A stretch of DNA of 64,000 nt from a virus: the IMG/VR virus record IMGVR_UViG_3300032249_000628, positions 6,970-70,969 of that record; one strand, 5' to 3'. Positions 55,076 to 64,000 of this stretch are shown piece after piece; position 1 is the stretch's first letter, and every line of letters starts with the position of its first letter. Made by a program: the position numbers and the translations under genes. The notes below the pieces were generated by a model. That model was not told the origin of the DNA and did not search any database. It worked only from the letters and a program-made list of their open reading frames with translations.

Positions 55076-55460
55076 CTTCTGTATATTTTAAAGTTACAAT
55101 TCGTATGTCGTTAAGTTCGCACCAAGTTATTTTATCTTCATCCCTAGCTTTTGCCTTTAAAAAATCTGCTTTGCTTCTATGAAAAAATGGGCAAAATTCA
55201 TAATGCTGTTGCCCATGAACCTCTATAGCTAGTTTAATCGAAGGAATGTAAAAGTCAAGATACAGTACAGACTTTCTGTGTAGTTCTGTGCTTCCCGGTA
55301 ATTTTACTTCTTCTAATATTCTATAACTATTGAATAGCTCTTTTAGTAATATCCTAGCTCTAACATGGAATTTTGATCTTTTACGCTTATCGTCATTAAA
55401 AACATCATATCCTGTTAAGTTCCACACATATTCTTTACCATTGATGCCTACTACTTTCAA
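55038..55460 (-). CDS. Vsr/DUF559-like endonuclease
   Basis: LYLDFYIP…AIEVHGQQH…RDEDK…C…IRIV. Confidence 0.8.
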   Translation of the reverse strand: MKVVGINGKEYVWNLTGYDVFNDDKRKRSKFHVRARILLKELFNSYRILEEVKLPGSTELHRKSVLYLDFYIPSIKLAIEVHGQQHYEFCPFFHRSKADFLKAKARDEDKITWCELNDIRIVTLKYTEGDDEWRQRIKSV

Positions 55461-56563
55461 TGTAGCTCCTTTATCTTCTGATATAAGAAGTTAGCAATAG
55501 ATGGGTTATTGTTTATGAATTCGGCAACATTGTTTATCCCTTGGAACTTAAAAAATCTTTCGATTTCTTCTGGGGTCTTATTGACGTTATTGCTTTCTAG
55601 TACCTTGACTATAACTGGATTTTCTACATCATCTACCGCACACTGAATTGTATACCAAGCTCCAGAAGCTTTGATAAGTCTAAATTCACAGGCTATTTGT
55701 ATGATTTCTTGTGCTTCATCAATGCCGATACCATATTTAATCCAGCTTTCTGCTGTGCTATTTGGCCTACCTCCAGCATTTGAGGTTTTAATTACCCAAT
55801 TAGCAATTTGACCAACGTGCGGTCCAGTGTCTTTTGGGACTTGCCACTTGCCGCGATGAGTAATAACCATATTGGTTCCAGCTTGATACTGCAACATGTT
55901 TCCACAATCAGCCATTTTTTGTGGTGCATACGGAGAGCCACCAGTATTAGCAATATTATGAGTAATACAAATTAGCATTGTCTTATTCTTCATAAGAGTT
56001 CCACTGATACGCTTAAAAAACATAGATAATAGTCTTGGCAAAGCATTTCTAACCCCTGTACGCACTTCACCCTCTAGTTCACAGGCAGGAACCATATTGG
56101 ACAAAGAATCAGCAATAATCAAGCAGCCGGGATCATTATTGATATAATACTCAATAATATTTAGGAAGTCTTCTGCGGATAATACTCTTTCGTCTGTAGA
56201 TTCAACAATTAAGATATTGTCTGGTTGCAATCCTTTGATGCCTTCAAAATTCTGTTTGGATAGTCTACCTTCTGTGTTAACGTAAATAACACGTTTATTT
56301 AACTGTTGACATTTTGATGCAAAGTGAAGGGCAGTTGTTGTCTTGCCGCTTTTAGGATCGCCGGTCATTACAACCACAGAGCCTTCTCGTATTCCTCCAC
56401 CTAAAGCAATATCCAGTGCTGGAGAAACGCCGATAACAGAAAGATTATTTATACTATCTAGTACTTCCGTTCCACTACGTACAACTTCTCCGTACTTGCT
56501 GATTATCGAACTACTTACACTGTCCTCTGCAAATTTTGTACTCGCCTTTTTTGTCTTACTCAT
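55457..56563 (-). CDS. recA: RecA/UvsX-like recombinase
   Basis: LDIALGGGI, Walker A GDPKSGKTT, IIADSL, C-terminal GAWY. Confidence 0.88.
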   Translation of the reverse strand: MSKTKKASTKFAEDSVSSSIISKYGEVVRSGTEVLDSINNLSVIGVSPALDIALGGGIREGSVVVMTGDPKSGKTTTALHFASKCQQLNKRVIYVNTEGRLSKQNFEGIKGLQPDNILIVESTDERVLSAEDFLNIIEYYINNDPGCLIIADSLSNMVPACELEGEVRTGVRNALPRLLSMFFKRISGTLMKNKTMLICITHNIANTGGSPYAPQKMADCGNMLQYQAGTNMVITHRGKWQVPKDTGPHVGQIANWVIKTSNAGGRPNSTAESWIKYGIGIDEAQEIIQIACEFRLIKASGAWYTIQCAVDDVENPVIVKVLESNNVNKTPEEIERFFKFQGINNVAEFINNNPSIANFLYQKIKELH

Positions 56564-57069
56564 AGATTCCTCAGTTGGTTCATGGTTGCTCTTTTTGTAT
56601 TATAGCTCTGTGTTGATCTTGTCTCAATCGTTTTTTCTTCCGTTTCAACATTCATATTTACTTGAATTTGCTGCTTTGATTCCTCTAGTATTTGTTGATA
56701 TTTTTGTATAACTTTTTCTGCCAAAGGATTGACTTTATACCCTCTACCGTTTTGAATACCAATAACGAGCAAGCTATCAAAGTCTTTTGATTTTATAGCA
56801 TTCAGTATGGCTTCTTCACTATATTTCTTTTTAAGTTGTAGAGCAGCACCGTACTGTTTTTTCCAAAGCCAGTGTAGAGGATCGCCCTTGGTCCAAAACT
56901 TATAAGATGGTTTACCCAAATTAAGCTTCTCTGATCTTCTTAAAACAATATATTCTGCAACATACGCCTCAAATGTACAATGTTCTCCAGTATGGATATG
57001 CTTGTATTTGTGCGTTTCAGACCATTGCTTTTGGTAATCTTTATTGAATAGTTCCGGTTTTTTCTTCAT
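56560..57069 (-). CDS. Hypothetical protein
   Basis: 169-aa ORF coupled by overlaps within the operon. Confidence 0.7.
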   Translation of the reverse strand: MKKKPELFNKDYQKQWSETHKYKHIHTGEHCTFEAYVAEYIVLRRSEKLNLGKPSYKFWTKGDPLHWLWKKQYGAALQLKKKYSEEAILNAIKSKDFDSLLVIGIQNGRGYKVNPLAEKVIQKYQQILEESKQQIQVNMNVETEEKTIETRSTQSYNTKRATMNQLRNL

Positions 57070-57472
57070 AATTCAAAATCAATGCTTCTTGGAAACATTC
57101 TGCAATATGTGTAATTTCTTCAGTTTCTTTGATAAGTTCTGGAGTTATCCACAAAGATTTGTGAACCTCCGTACCGTGCAATTTACCTATAGTAATGGTA
57201 TTTCTGCTATTTTCACCCATTACGCCAACCAAGGATCGAACCAAGTATACACCATCAGCATCGGCTGTGTCAACATCAACAGAGTGTGAACGATACTGTA
57301 GACCCACTCTGATTATATTGAGTTTATTATCTTGACAATACTTTTTAAGCTTTAGCCAATCTTTGTGTTCTGGTAAATAAATATCTGACCCATTGGACAA
57401 AGAGGCTTTAATCCATATCTTATATTTATCTTTTCGATATTCTTCTAGCCAAGTTTCATAAGACGTTATCAT
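57041..57472 (-). CDS. Hypothetical protein
   Basis: 143-aa ORF coupled by overlaps within the operon. Confidence 0.7.
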   Translation of the reverse strand: MITSYETWLEEYRKDKYKIWIKASLSNGSDIYLPEHKDWLKLKKYCQDNKLNIIRVGLQYRSHSVDVDTADADGVYLVRSLVGVMGENSRNTITIGKLHGTEVHKSLWITPELIKETEEITHIAECFQEALILNYEEKTGTIQ

Positions 57473-58094
57473 ATATTAAATTTCTAAATTGGGGCTGTTG
57501 TCTAAAATCATGAAATCCAAATGAATTATTATCACTATATTTTCCATACTCTGTAGAGAATTGATATCCTATATCTATGGGTGCGTATTTGCATCCCATA
57601 TCAAGAAATTTGTCTCTTAGCTTAAGGCATAATGCAACATCATCGTTCAATCCGTGATTTCCATGTTCATCGTCTATTTCTAACTTATATTCTTTAGATA
57701 ATACTTTTTGAGCCTCAAGAAATTTTTTGCTTTTCAAACAAAAGCCACTATTCCCACACATTTTATTCCAAGGCCAAGGCGCACCAATGTAATCATATTC
57801 AAGAAATTCTTCTCTCCAACCATCTGGATTAACAATGAATCCATCCCACTGAATAGTTAAAACAAAATCTGTATCAATATAATCTGGTAAATAATAATAT
57901 ACGAACTCGTTATACTCTAAAACTGATCGTATCTTATTTATTTTGATTGTGTAGTCTGTTTCAATATCAGAGAAAAATAGTATTTTTTTGAAATCTGCAT
58001 GTGTTGTACATATTTTAATTGCTTTTAAACTCTCATTTATTTTATCAGAAGACGCACAAACTAAAGCAATACGATTTAATTGCAGCTTATTCAT
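57456..58094 (-). CDS. GT-A-like protein (DUF5672-like)
   Basis: VLTIQWDG, FLEYDYIGAPW, GNSGFCLKSKK, DD, FSTE, FGFH. Confidence 0.75.
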   Translation of the reverse strand: MNKLQLNRIALVCASSDKINESLKAIKICTTHADFKKILFFSDIETDYTIKINKIRSVLEYNEFVYYYLPDYIDTDFVLTIQWDGFIVNPDGWREEFLEYDYIGAPWPWNKMCGNSGFCLKSKKFLEAQKVLSKEYKLEIDDEHGNHGLNDDVALCLKLRDKFLDMGCKYAPIDIGYQFSTEYGKYSDNNSFGFHDFRQQPQFRNLIYDNVL

Positions 58095-58395
58095 CTCGTT
58101 TAATTTTAGTTACACAATTACTATTTCTTGGAACAGATATTGATTTTCTTCTGGCATCACCAATTGTTGATGCATTTTCTGTCATTACAACGGCCCCACG
58201 CTTCTTAGCAAATTGATCACCGGCAATTAGTTTAGCTGGTTGATTTTCTTTTTGAGCTTTAATAACACATTTTTCGATAGACTTCGCTGGTCGATCTAAA
58301 TCTGTAGCTATTTCATTTATATCCTTACCCATCTTGACATGCTCTGCTACATAAAAAACTTCGGCCTTGCTTAACGGTCCTCTTTTACTAGCCAT
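58087..58395 (-). CDS. Small HTH DNA-binding protein
   Basis: DINEIATDLDRPAKSIEK helix-turn-helix pattern. Confidence 0.55.
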   Translation of the reverse strand: MASKRGPLSKAEVFYVAEHVKMGKDINEIATDLDRPAKSIEKCVIKAQKENQPAKLIAGDQFAKKRGAVVMTENASTIGDARRKSISVPRNSNCVTKIKRDE

Positions 58396-58732
58396 TGATA
58401 AAACTCCTTTGCGCTCTTGTCATATATAATCCATTCTTTGATCTTAGATAAAGAAGGTAGTAATCAAATGTTTTTTGAGATACAGACTTTAATTCCGTTC
58501 TCCTCCATATATCTCTTCTAGACTCTGGACCCATAGGATCAAGAGGAATATTATTATATGTTCTAATGAAATATTGGTGTTGAAATTGATCGTGACCTAG
58601 ATCAATAGAAAGACTCTTGGCCCAAATCTTCTCTTTTTCATCGATCAGATTATTTCCTTTATCGTCAAAAAGATGCTGGGTTGATGACTTATTTGCTGGA
58701 GCCGCATCAAGATATGATTCAATAAACTTCAT
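58388..58732 (-). CDS. Hypothetical protein
   Basis: 114-aa ORF coupled by overlaps within the operon. Confidence 0.7.
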   Translation of the reverse strand: MKFIESYLDAAPANKSSTQHLFDDKGNNLIDEKEKIWAKSLSIDLGHDQFQHQYFIRTYNNIPLDPMGPESRRDIWRRTELKSVSQKTFDYYLLYLRSKNGLYMTRAQRSFING

Positions 58733-59082
58733 TTTTCACCTGTGATAATATACTTTCTTTTTTGTTCATTCGTCATTTTGTTTATTTCTTTTGTAGACGC
58801 TGTACCAAAAGATGAAAATACAGACTTTTCTTCTGTTTTCTTTTCACGATTCTTATGTTCTATATCTGATTTCTGATATGAACCCATTTTAGACCAATTT
58901 CGATCAGCTACTTGTCCTATGGTATTAGCATCTTTCATAAACGAAGCTAGTCCACCATATATTACCCTACACAGAGTGTCTTTTCCACACGATGGACACT
59001 CTGTGAGGGCTTCGTCCTTGATCGATTGATATACATCTTTCAATTCATGTGAACAATTGTCACATTTATAATCATATAACAT
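58729..59082 (-). CDS. FmdB-family zinc-ribbon protein
   Basis: YDYKCDNC…CPSCG. Confidence 0.8.
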   Translation of the reverse strand: MLYDYKCDNCSHELKDVYQSIKDEALTECPSCGKDTLCRVIYGGLASFMKDANTIGQVADRNWSKMGSYQKSDIEHKNREKKTEEKSVFSSFGTASTKEINKMTNEQKRKYIITGEK

Positions 59083-59089
59083 AATTTCC

Positions 59090-59782
59090 TCAAGATTCTA
59101 AAGCGTGTAACACTGCTCCTAATATTCCATTTCTTTGAATATCACTATAACTTAATTCGCAAATACCTATACCATTTATTCCGCCTAGCTTATTTAAGCA
59201 ATAAGACAGTCCAGTATTATTATATAGGTCTGTTTGTTTGGTGTCGCCATTAATTATTACTTTAGAATGTTCACCCATTCTTGTAATAAACATTTTGATC
59301 TGTTCTAAAGTACAATTTTGTGCCTCGTCTAATATCATATACGCATTGTGAAAGGTTGCACCACGCATAGTTTCTAGTGGTTCAAACTTTATACGCCTAG
59401 TATTAAAATAGAGTCCAAACTTATCTCGTCCTAGAAAATACTTTAGATTCTCTTCCATTGGTTGTAGATAAGGTTTGATTTTGTCATTCAATTCTCCGGG
59501 TAATGATCCAATATCTTTGCCCGTGCAAACTAATGGCCTCGTTACTATTATAGTTTCAATTTTATCTTTGATAAGATGTTCAGCAGCTATGCCAGAGGCT
59601 ATAAAAGATTTGCCTGTGCCAGAGGGGCCAGTACAAAATGTAATATCATTTTCTACTATTGATCTTATATAGTTTCTTTGATTTTCAGTTTTAGCTACTA
59701 ATACATTATCTTTGGTGGCCTTGTTCTTTTTATTCTTTTTTGAATATGGATTTGTCGAGTTGTTATGTTCCGCTGCTGCCAA
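59090..59782 (-). CDS. phoH: PhoH-family ATPase
   Basis: GPSGTGKS, LPG, MRGATF, LDEAQN, GD..Q.D. Confidence 0.93.
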   Translation of the reverse strand: MAAAEHNNSTNPYSKKNKKNKATKDNVLVAKTENQRNYIRSIVENDITFCTGPSGTGKSFIASGIAAEHLIKDKIETIIVTRPLVCTGKDIGSLPGELNDKIKPYLQPMEENLKYFLGRDKFGLYFNTRRIKFEPLETMRGATFHNAYMILDEAQNCTLEQIKMFITRMGEHSKVIINGDTKQTDLYNNTGLSYCLNKLGGINGIGICELSYSDIQRNGILGAVLHALES

Positions 59783-60224
59783 AGCCGTTGTCTCCTCGTT
59801 GCGAGGAACCTAACGAGTCATGGACCTCCATAATTACGCGAGGAACCTCTTGGAATATAATCTGAGCGATTCTATCCCCGGCGTTTATAGTAACATTTTC
59901 ATCAGAAGTGTTATATAAACAAACCATTATTTCTCCTCTATATCCACTATCCACTACTCCTGCTAGAACATCTATTCCTTGTTTAACAGATAGACCCGAT
60001 CTGGGCCAAATTAAACCAGCAAAGCGCTCTGGCATTTCTAGCGATATTCCGGTGTTGACAGTCTTCCTTTGTTTTGATGGGATAATAGTATTGACTATAG
60101 AATATAAATCAAAACCTGCATCCGTAAAATTTGTTTTCGTCGGTACTTTAGCCAAACTATTTATTAGAACAACTTTTACAGTTTCTGTAGGAATTATATC
60201 GCAATAATTTTCATAAATTGTCAC
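59763..60224 (-). CDS. dut: Trimeric dUTPase
   Basis: AGFDL, PRSGL, GVVDSGYRGEI, GDRIAQ, RGDNGFGSSG. Confidence 0.95.
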   Translation of the reverse strand: MTIYENYCDIIPTETVKVVLINSLAKVPTKTNFTDAGFDLYSIVNTIIPSKQRKTVNTGISLEMPERFAGLIWPRSGLSVKQGIDVLAGVVDSGYRGEIMVCLYNTSDENVTINAGDRIAQIIFQEVPRVIMEVHDSLGSSQRGDNGFGSSGT

Positions 60225-61300
60225 AATTCGATACCTCCAAAATCCGTGTCTTCAAGATCATTTTTACTAGCACCTATTTTATATGAAGTAATCTCATGTT
60301 CTTGTGGTGCTACTTGGACAGACTCACTATTCATCCAAGGATCAGTCCATCCAGAAATAGGATTTCGACAACCTTTGTCATATGGTAATCCTATATTTTT
60401 TCTTCTTGTCATACATAGCCAATTTATGTAATCTGACATTACCTTTTCGTTAAGGCCAATGATGGAGCCATCTTTAAAGAGATACTCTGACCAAGCCTTT
60501 TCTTCGAAAGCGGCAGATTCAAACATTCTTATAGCGTCTTCTTGACACTCTTCTGCTATCTTTGTAAATCCTTCATCTGGATTGGTGTGTAAAATCTTAA
60601 TAATTTCTTGCGTATTATAAAGATGAAGAGCTTCATCACGCTTGATTAATTTTATGATATCTGCATTTCCAATCATTTTCTTGTTTTCTGCAAACGCAAA
60701 AGCACAAATGAATGAAACATAAAAACGAACAGCTTCAAGTATGTTAACGCTTATGAGAGTTAGGTAAATCTGCTTTTTTATGTCTTTAAGCTTGCCGGAA
60801 TGTCCTATTTCTCTCAGGGCGTTATATTCTTTGATAGCTACATTAGCCCGTTTTAAAATTTCTTTATCGGTTAAACAGCTATCTAATATTTCGCTTGGAT
60901 TGTTATAAACGTTCTTTATAATGTATGTATAGCTATAACTATGAATTTGTTCGAAGAACTGCCAGACATTCATACAGGCTTCTAATTCTGGATTAGAAAC
61001 ATATTCTGTAAGAGTTGGCACACCGCGACAGATAACACTATCCATCATGGTTTGATATTTTAAATTTGATGTAAAGATGAAACGTTCATTCTCTGACATG
61101 ACATCATCATTTTTGAAATCATTTCTATCTTTCTTAAGCTCTATTTCTTCTGGCCTCCAAAAGAATTCCAACTGCTTCTTGTATAGATCAAAGAATACTG
61201 GATATTTGAACTTATCATATCTTTGTAGAGATAAATCTTCGCCCAAAAAAAGTGGCTGGGCTAAATAGTCAACGTTGTTTTTATTTAATATTGTTTTCAT
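60221..61300 (-). CDS. nrdB: Class I ribonucleotide reductase beta subunit
   Basis: FFWRPEE, MMDS, EQIHSYSY, EAVRFY, DEALH, APQE. Confidence 0.95.
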   Translation of the reverse strand: MKTILNKNNVDYLAQPLFLGEDLSLQRYDKFKYPVFFDLYKKQLEFFWRPEEIELKKDRNDFKNDDVMSENERFIFTSNLKYQTMMDSVICRGVPTLTEYVSNPELEACMNVWQFFEQIHSYSYTYIIKNVYNNPSEILDSCLTDKEILKRANVAIKEYNALREIGHSGKLKDIKKQIYLTLISVNILEAVRFYVSFICAFAFAENKKMIGNADIIKLIKRDEALHLYNTQEIIKILHTNPDEGFTKIAEECQEDAIRMFESAAFEEKAWSEYLFKDGSIIGLNEKVMSDYINWLCMTRRKNIGLPYDKGCRNPISGWTDPWMNSESVQVAPQEHEITSYKIGASKNDLEDTDFGGIEL

Positions 61301-61920
61301 AGGTTAAATGGTGTTAAGTTTATATTGATATAATAATCTTCTATGTAATGCTCTTTGTATCTTTTGTATCCGTTAGACTCTAACAAATTTTTCATCTGCA
61401 TTCTTTTATTTTCTTCGCCGTTGTGTTCTGTTGTGATTAAGCCAAAAACATACTTATCTAAAGGAAATGTCTTCATGATATCGTATTCTGAACCTTCAGT
61501 GTCTAATGATAGATATTCTATGTACCTTGGGGCGTTATGTTTGTCAAGAAGGTCTGCTAAAGAAATAGTTGTCATAAACTCTCTATCAGCCATAGTAACG
61601 TGTGGATGATTTTTGAATTTATCCAGACATTTATCTATACCACCAACGGCTCCAGCTTTTATAAAAGATATTGTTTCATCGGATATAGAAAAAACTGGAC
61701 TCTTACATAGTACCGTATTTGTTCTTATTTCAAAATTTGTTGGAAATGGATCGGCGGCAATACCTTTCCAACCATTTAATTCTAGAAGGTATGTGTTGGA
61801 ACCGTCGATCCCGTCACAAAATCCTATATCTACAAAAAATTTATTTTTGCCAAATATATTGTATACTTCTATGTCTTGTCCAAATTGAGAAAACGATTTA
61901 ATTTCTGACTCAGTATTCAT
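61297..61920 (-). CDS. FkbM-family methyltransferase
   Basis: SQFGQD, FVDIG..DG…SNT, LSLDTEGSE, EHN. Start moved to 61920 (MNTESE) after a GGAG RBS. Confidence 0.85.
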   Translation of the reverse strand: MNTESEIKSFSQFGQDIEVYNIFGKNKFFVDIGFCDGIDGSNTYLLELNGWKGIAADPFPTNFEIRTNTVLCKSPVFSISDETISFIKAGAVGGIDKCLDKFKNHPHVTMADREFMTTISLADLLDKHNAPRYIEYLSLDTEGSEYDIMKTFPLDKYVFGLITTEHNGEENKRMQMKNLLESNGYKRYKEHYIEDYYININLTPFNL

Positions 61921-61944
61921 AGTGTAAATTCTCCACAATTTACT

Positions 61945-61973
61945 ATTATATCGCACACGATCCAGATTCGCAA
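61945..61973 (-). promoter_or_regulatory. Sigma70-type promoter overlapping the last codons of nrdA
   Basis: TTGCGA (61973-68), 17-nt spacer, TATAAT (61950-45), 24 nt upstream of the FkbM start. Confidence 0.55.
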
Positions 61974-62995
61974 TCAGATGCTTTTTCTGTTTGACCATCA
62001 CCGTCAGGAGTATTGCAATAATAAAAGTTTTTTATGCCATATTTATACCCATAAATCTGATCTTTTATCAAAATACTCAAAGGTATATTGCCTTCTGGAT
62101 AGTGGGAATAATTATAATATAGATTCACGCTAATACTCATATCTACGAATTTTTGTAGTACCGCACAAATATTTAGGATAGCCTTATTATCGGGCATTTC
62201 CCACGCTAGAGTATAGTAATTCTTGCGTGACATATAATTTGGCACTAGCTGCTTTAGAACGCCATTCTTAGCCTTCTTGTAAGACATTAGGTTCCTGACA
62301 GGCTCAATACCATTTGTGCTGTTCTGGATCACGCTAGACGATTCACAGGGCATAATAGCAGTCAACGTAGAATGTCTTAGCCCGTGTGTTTTTATTCTTT
62401 CTCGCAATCCTTCCCAATCCATAGTATACTCTGGCTTAACCAGTTCGTCAACTGTTTTTTTATACCAATCTATTGGCAGTAATCCCTGCCCATATTTAGT
62501 CTCTTGAAACTTTGCACATGGCCCCTTAATATGTGCCAATTTGCATGACTCATTTAGTAGGTGCCACTGAATCTTTTCCATCATTTCGTGGACAAGTTTG
62601 GGGGTTTCTGGATCATCATATTTTAATTTATTCTTGGCCAAATATGCTGCAAAATTTGTGATGCCAATGCCAAGCGATCTTCTGTTCTTTGTGAAGTTTT
62701 CGCCAGCAGCCACTGGATAGTCTTGATAATCTATAATAGACTCCAAGGTTCTAACAGCAACTGAACACGCCTTTGCAATATCTTTATCATCTTCCAACTC
62801 AAGCAAGTTTAGTGCCGACAAAATACAAATACCAATCTCGCCCTCTTTATCATCAATAGAAGAAATAGGTATAGTTGGATGGATAATTTCTTGGCAATTA
62901 TGTACTAATATGCCATTAGCATAAAAGTTATTATTACTTGCTACTGTGATATCAAAAACATCGGCTCGTTCATTTATTTTTTGGATTTTTAGCAT
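61946..62995 (-). CDS. nrdA: Split-intein C fragment fused to the C-terminal part of class I RNR alpha
   Basis: 33-aa IntC ending ANGILVHN, then CQEI (Cys439/Glu441 equivalents), ICILSALN, RSLGIG, MPCESSS…STNGIEP, FYY, CESGSCAI. Confidence 0.95.
   Translation of the reverse strand: MLKIQKINERADVFDITVASNNNFYANGILVHNCQEIIHPTIPISSIDDKEGEIGICILSALNLLELEDDKDIAKACSVAVRTLESIIDYQDYPVAAGENFTKNRRSLGIGITNFAAYLAKNKLKYDDPETPKLVHEMMEKIQWHLLNESCKLAHIKGPCAKFQETKYGQGLLPIDWYKKTVDELVKPEYTMDWEGLRERIKTHGLRHSTLTAIMPCESSSVIQNSTNGIEPVRNLMSYKKAKNGVLKQLVPNYMSRKNYYTLAWEMPDNKAILNICAVLQKFVDMSISVNLYYNYSHYPEGNIPLSILIKDQIYGYKYGIKNFYYCNTPDGDGQTEKASDCESGSCAI
62897..62995 (-). mobile_element. Split intein, C-terminal fragment (33 aa)
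   Basis: Block F VFDITV…NFYANG, block G VHN/C; has its own ATG and an AAGGA RBS. Confidence 0.93.
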
Positions 62996-63653
62996 GTTTG
63001 TCCTTTAATGTTTTGCTTATTTTTTCATTATATTCTTTTTTGTATCGTTCATTGTATGAAAGCTTAAAAGAATCTTCACTGTGTGGTATATTTAAGTCGT
63101 TAAGCCTTGACTTCAATGCTCTGATGAAATTTTTATAACCGCCACCAAATCTAAATTTTGTGTAACTAACTGGTAGTTTGTTGTTTTTGCAATATTTGAA
63201 CCAAGCCACACGTATTAACTTATTATTATTATCCTTGTAAAACTCTACTGCTTTTTCTAAAATTTCTTCATTTGTTATTGATTTAGAGTTTGGATTATCA
63301 AAACCTTGTGTTCTTTTTTTTATTGACTTTTTCCACGCCTCTAGCTTGTGATCTGGAACGGACCATCCTCCCACGCCACCATATGTTTCATTATATCCGT
63401 TCTTAATTGTATCTAATTCAGTAATATAATACTGCTCTTTTATAAGTGCTGCGTTTTTGTTTTCTGATGAATATAAAATTTCAATAGTAATATTTTCAAT
63501 GCCATAAAGCCTAATAGCCCTGTATAAATGAGAGTCTATTCCATAGCTAGCATTAATATAATGCTTGTGAATTCTATTTATTACTCCTTGACCAGTAAAT
63601 CCTACATATTTTTTATTTGTATCTTTGAATGTTAAACAGTATATTTCGTACAT
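62970..63653 (-). CDS. Free-standing GIY-YIG homing endonuclease between the split-intein halves
   Basis: EIY…YVG, R (NRIHKH), E (KEQYYI), N (GYNET); in a different frame from both nrdA parts. Confidence 0.9.
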   Translation of the reverse strand: MYEIYCLTFKDTNKKYVGFTGQGVINRIHKHYINASYGIDSHLYRAIRLYGIENITIEILYSSENKNAALIKEQYYITELDTIKNGYNETYGGVGGWSVPDHKLEAWKKSIKKRTQGFDNPNSKSITNEEILEKAVEFYKDNNNKLIRVAWFKYCKNNKLPVSYTKFRFGGGYKNFIRALKSRLNDLNIPHSEDSFKLSYNERYKKEYNEKISKTLKDKHAKNPKNK

Positions 63654-63659
63654 TTCTTA

Positions 63660-63696
63660 GCTCCTAAGATGAATAATCTCTATCTTAGTATACACA
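63660..63696 (-). promoter_or_regulatory. Candidate late promoter plus RBS-overlapping hairpin for the GIY-YIG gene
   Basis: mRNA-sense TGTGTATA CTAAGAT AGAGATTATTC ATCTTAG GAG: a perfect 7-bp inverted repeat whose 3' arm overlaps the TAGGAG RBS. Confidence 0.6.
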
Positions 63697-63707
63697 GAAA
63701 TCTTACA

Positions 63708-64000
63708 TCATGGTATAATGTCTAATTCATCATTTTCTTCTAAATTTTTTGCTTCTACATATCCGCGATTTTTTGTAAATATCTTATGCTCTGGTGTACA
63801 CCTAATAGTGAATCCAGAATCAATGTCTTCTATCTGCATTAATTCTGCATTTTCGCCCGTTAATGCACTATCTGATACCTTTTCATATGAAATAATAGAG
63901 GAGTCTATATTTTTAGATAGAACCATTATTTCTTTTCCGGTTTTAAATACATCATTTAATTCTGACAATGATATTAATGTCTTTTTGCCATCAATAACAG
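63708..64000 (-). CDS. Split intein, N-terminal fragment (3' end of the presumed NrdA-N/IntN gene, partial)
   Basis: Frame is open to the window edge (…VIDGKKTLISLSEL…). Hint block B IRCTPEHKIFT and GYVEAKNL..ND are followed by a stop. The first intein residue and the N-extein lie outside the window. Confidence 0.88.
   Translation of the reverse strand, partial: VIDGKKTLISLSELNDVFKTGKEIMVLSKNIDSSIISYEKVSDSALTGENAELMQIEDIDSGFTIRCTPEHKIFTKNRGYVEAKNLEENDELDIIP

Noticed and set aside
34753-58395. Recurrent C-terminal NG motif (QKNG*, ETING*, FING*) as a protein tag
   Set aside because: It is a by-product of A-ATG-G start/stop overlaps with the next gene, that is, translational coupling.
33435-62507. 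Plus-strand and nested ORFs across the - arm (for example 53463..53768, 56343..56711)
   Set aside because: They overlap well-supported genes and show no motif evidence.
1-64000. Stop-codon reassignment as the cause of the split genes
   Set aside because: Code 11 gives long intact ORFs, all three stops end genes, and the split halves are separated by whole genes in other frames.

Overview
This 64 kb window is part of a large, AT-rich, gene-dense tailed dsDNA phage genome. It uses the standard code 11, with TAA, TAG and TGA all serving as stops. Two arms converge on a hairpin terminator near 32,550. The + arm (1-32,515) is the tail module: the end of a probable tail tube gene, two paralogous tail-chaperone-like genes, a 2,397-aa tape measure protein (TMP), a 3,865-aa adhesin-like protein and four further tail/structural genes. 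The - arm (64,000 to 32,575) carries nucleotide metabolism and replication genes (nrdA, nrdB, dut, phoH, recA, dnaB, primase, dNMP kinase, Cas4-like exonuclease, dnaE, dnaQ, ssb, an annealing protein) and a cluster of about ten glycosyltransferase-related genes. Main points of interest: (1) nrdA is fractured at its catalytic Cys by a split intein, with a free-standing GIY-YIG endonuclease between the halves whose RBS is partly covered by a hairpin next to a candidate late promoter. (2) dnaE is split into two intein-less genes with the proofreading exonuclease and an HNH gene in the gap, and its PHP domain lacks metal ligands. (3) The TMP looks like a polyprotein: [FY]xxGG and DTVPAMLxPGEFV motifs bracket two inserted segments with PD-(D/E)XK-like and HAD-like motifs. 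(4) The giant tail protein has seven dispersed FG-GAP blades and a vWA-like insert, an integrin-alpha-like layout. (5) That protein shows a Ser-Gly excess in a genome rich in glycosyltransferases, suggesting virion glycosylation. All domain calls come from reading motifs by eye; no database searches were run. No tRNA, rRNA or CRISPR array was seen.
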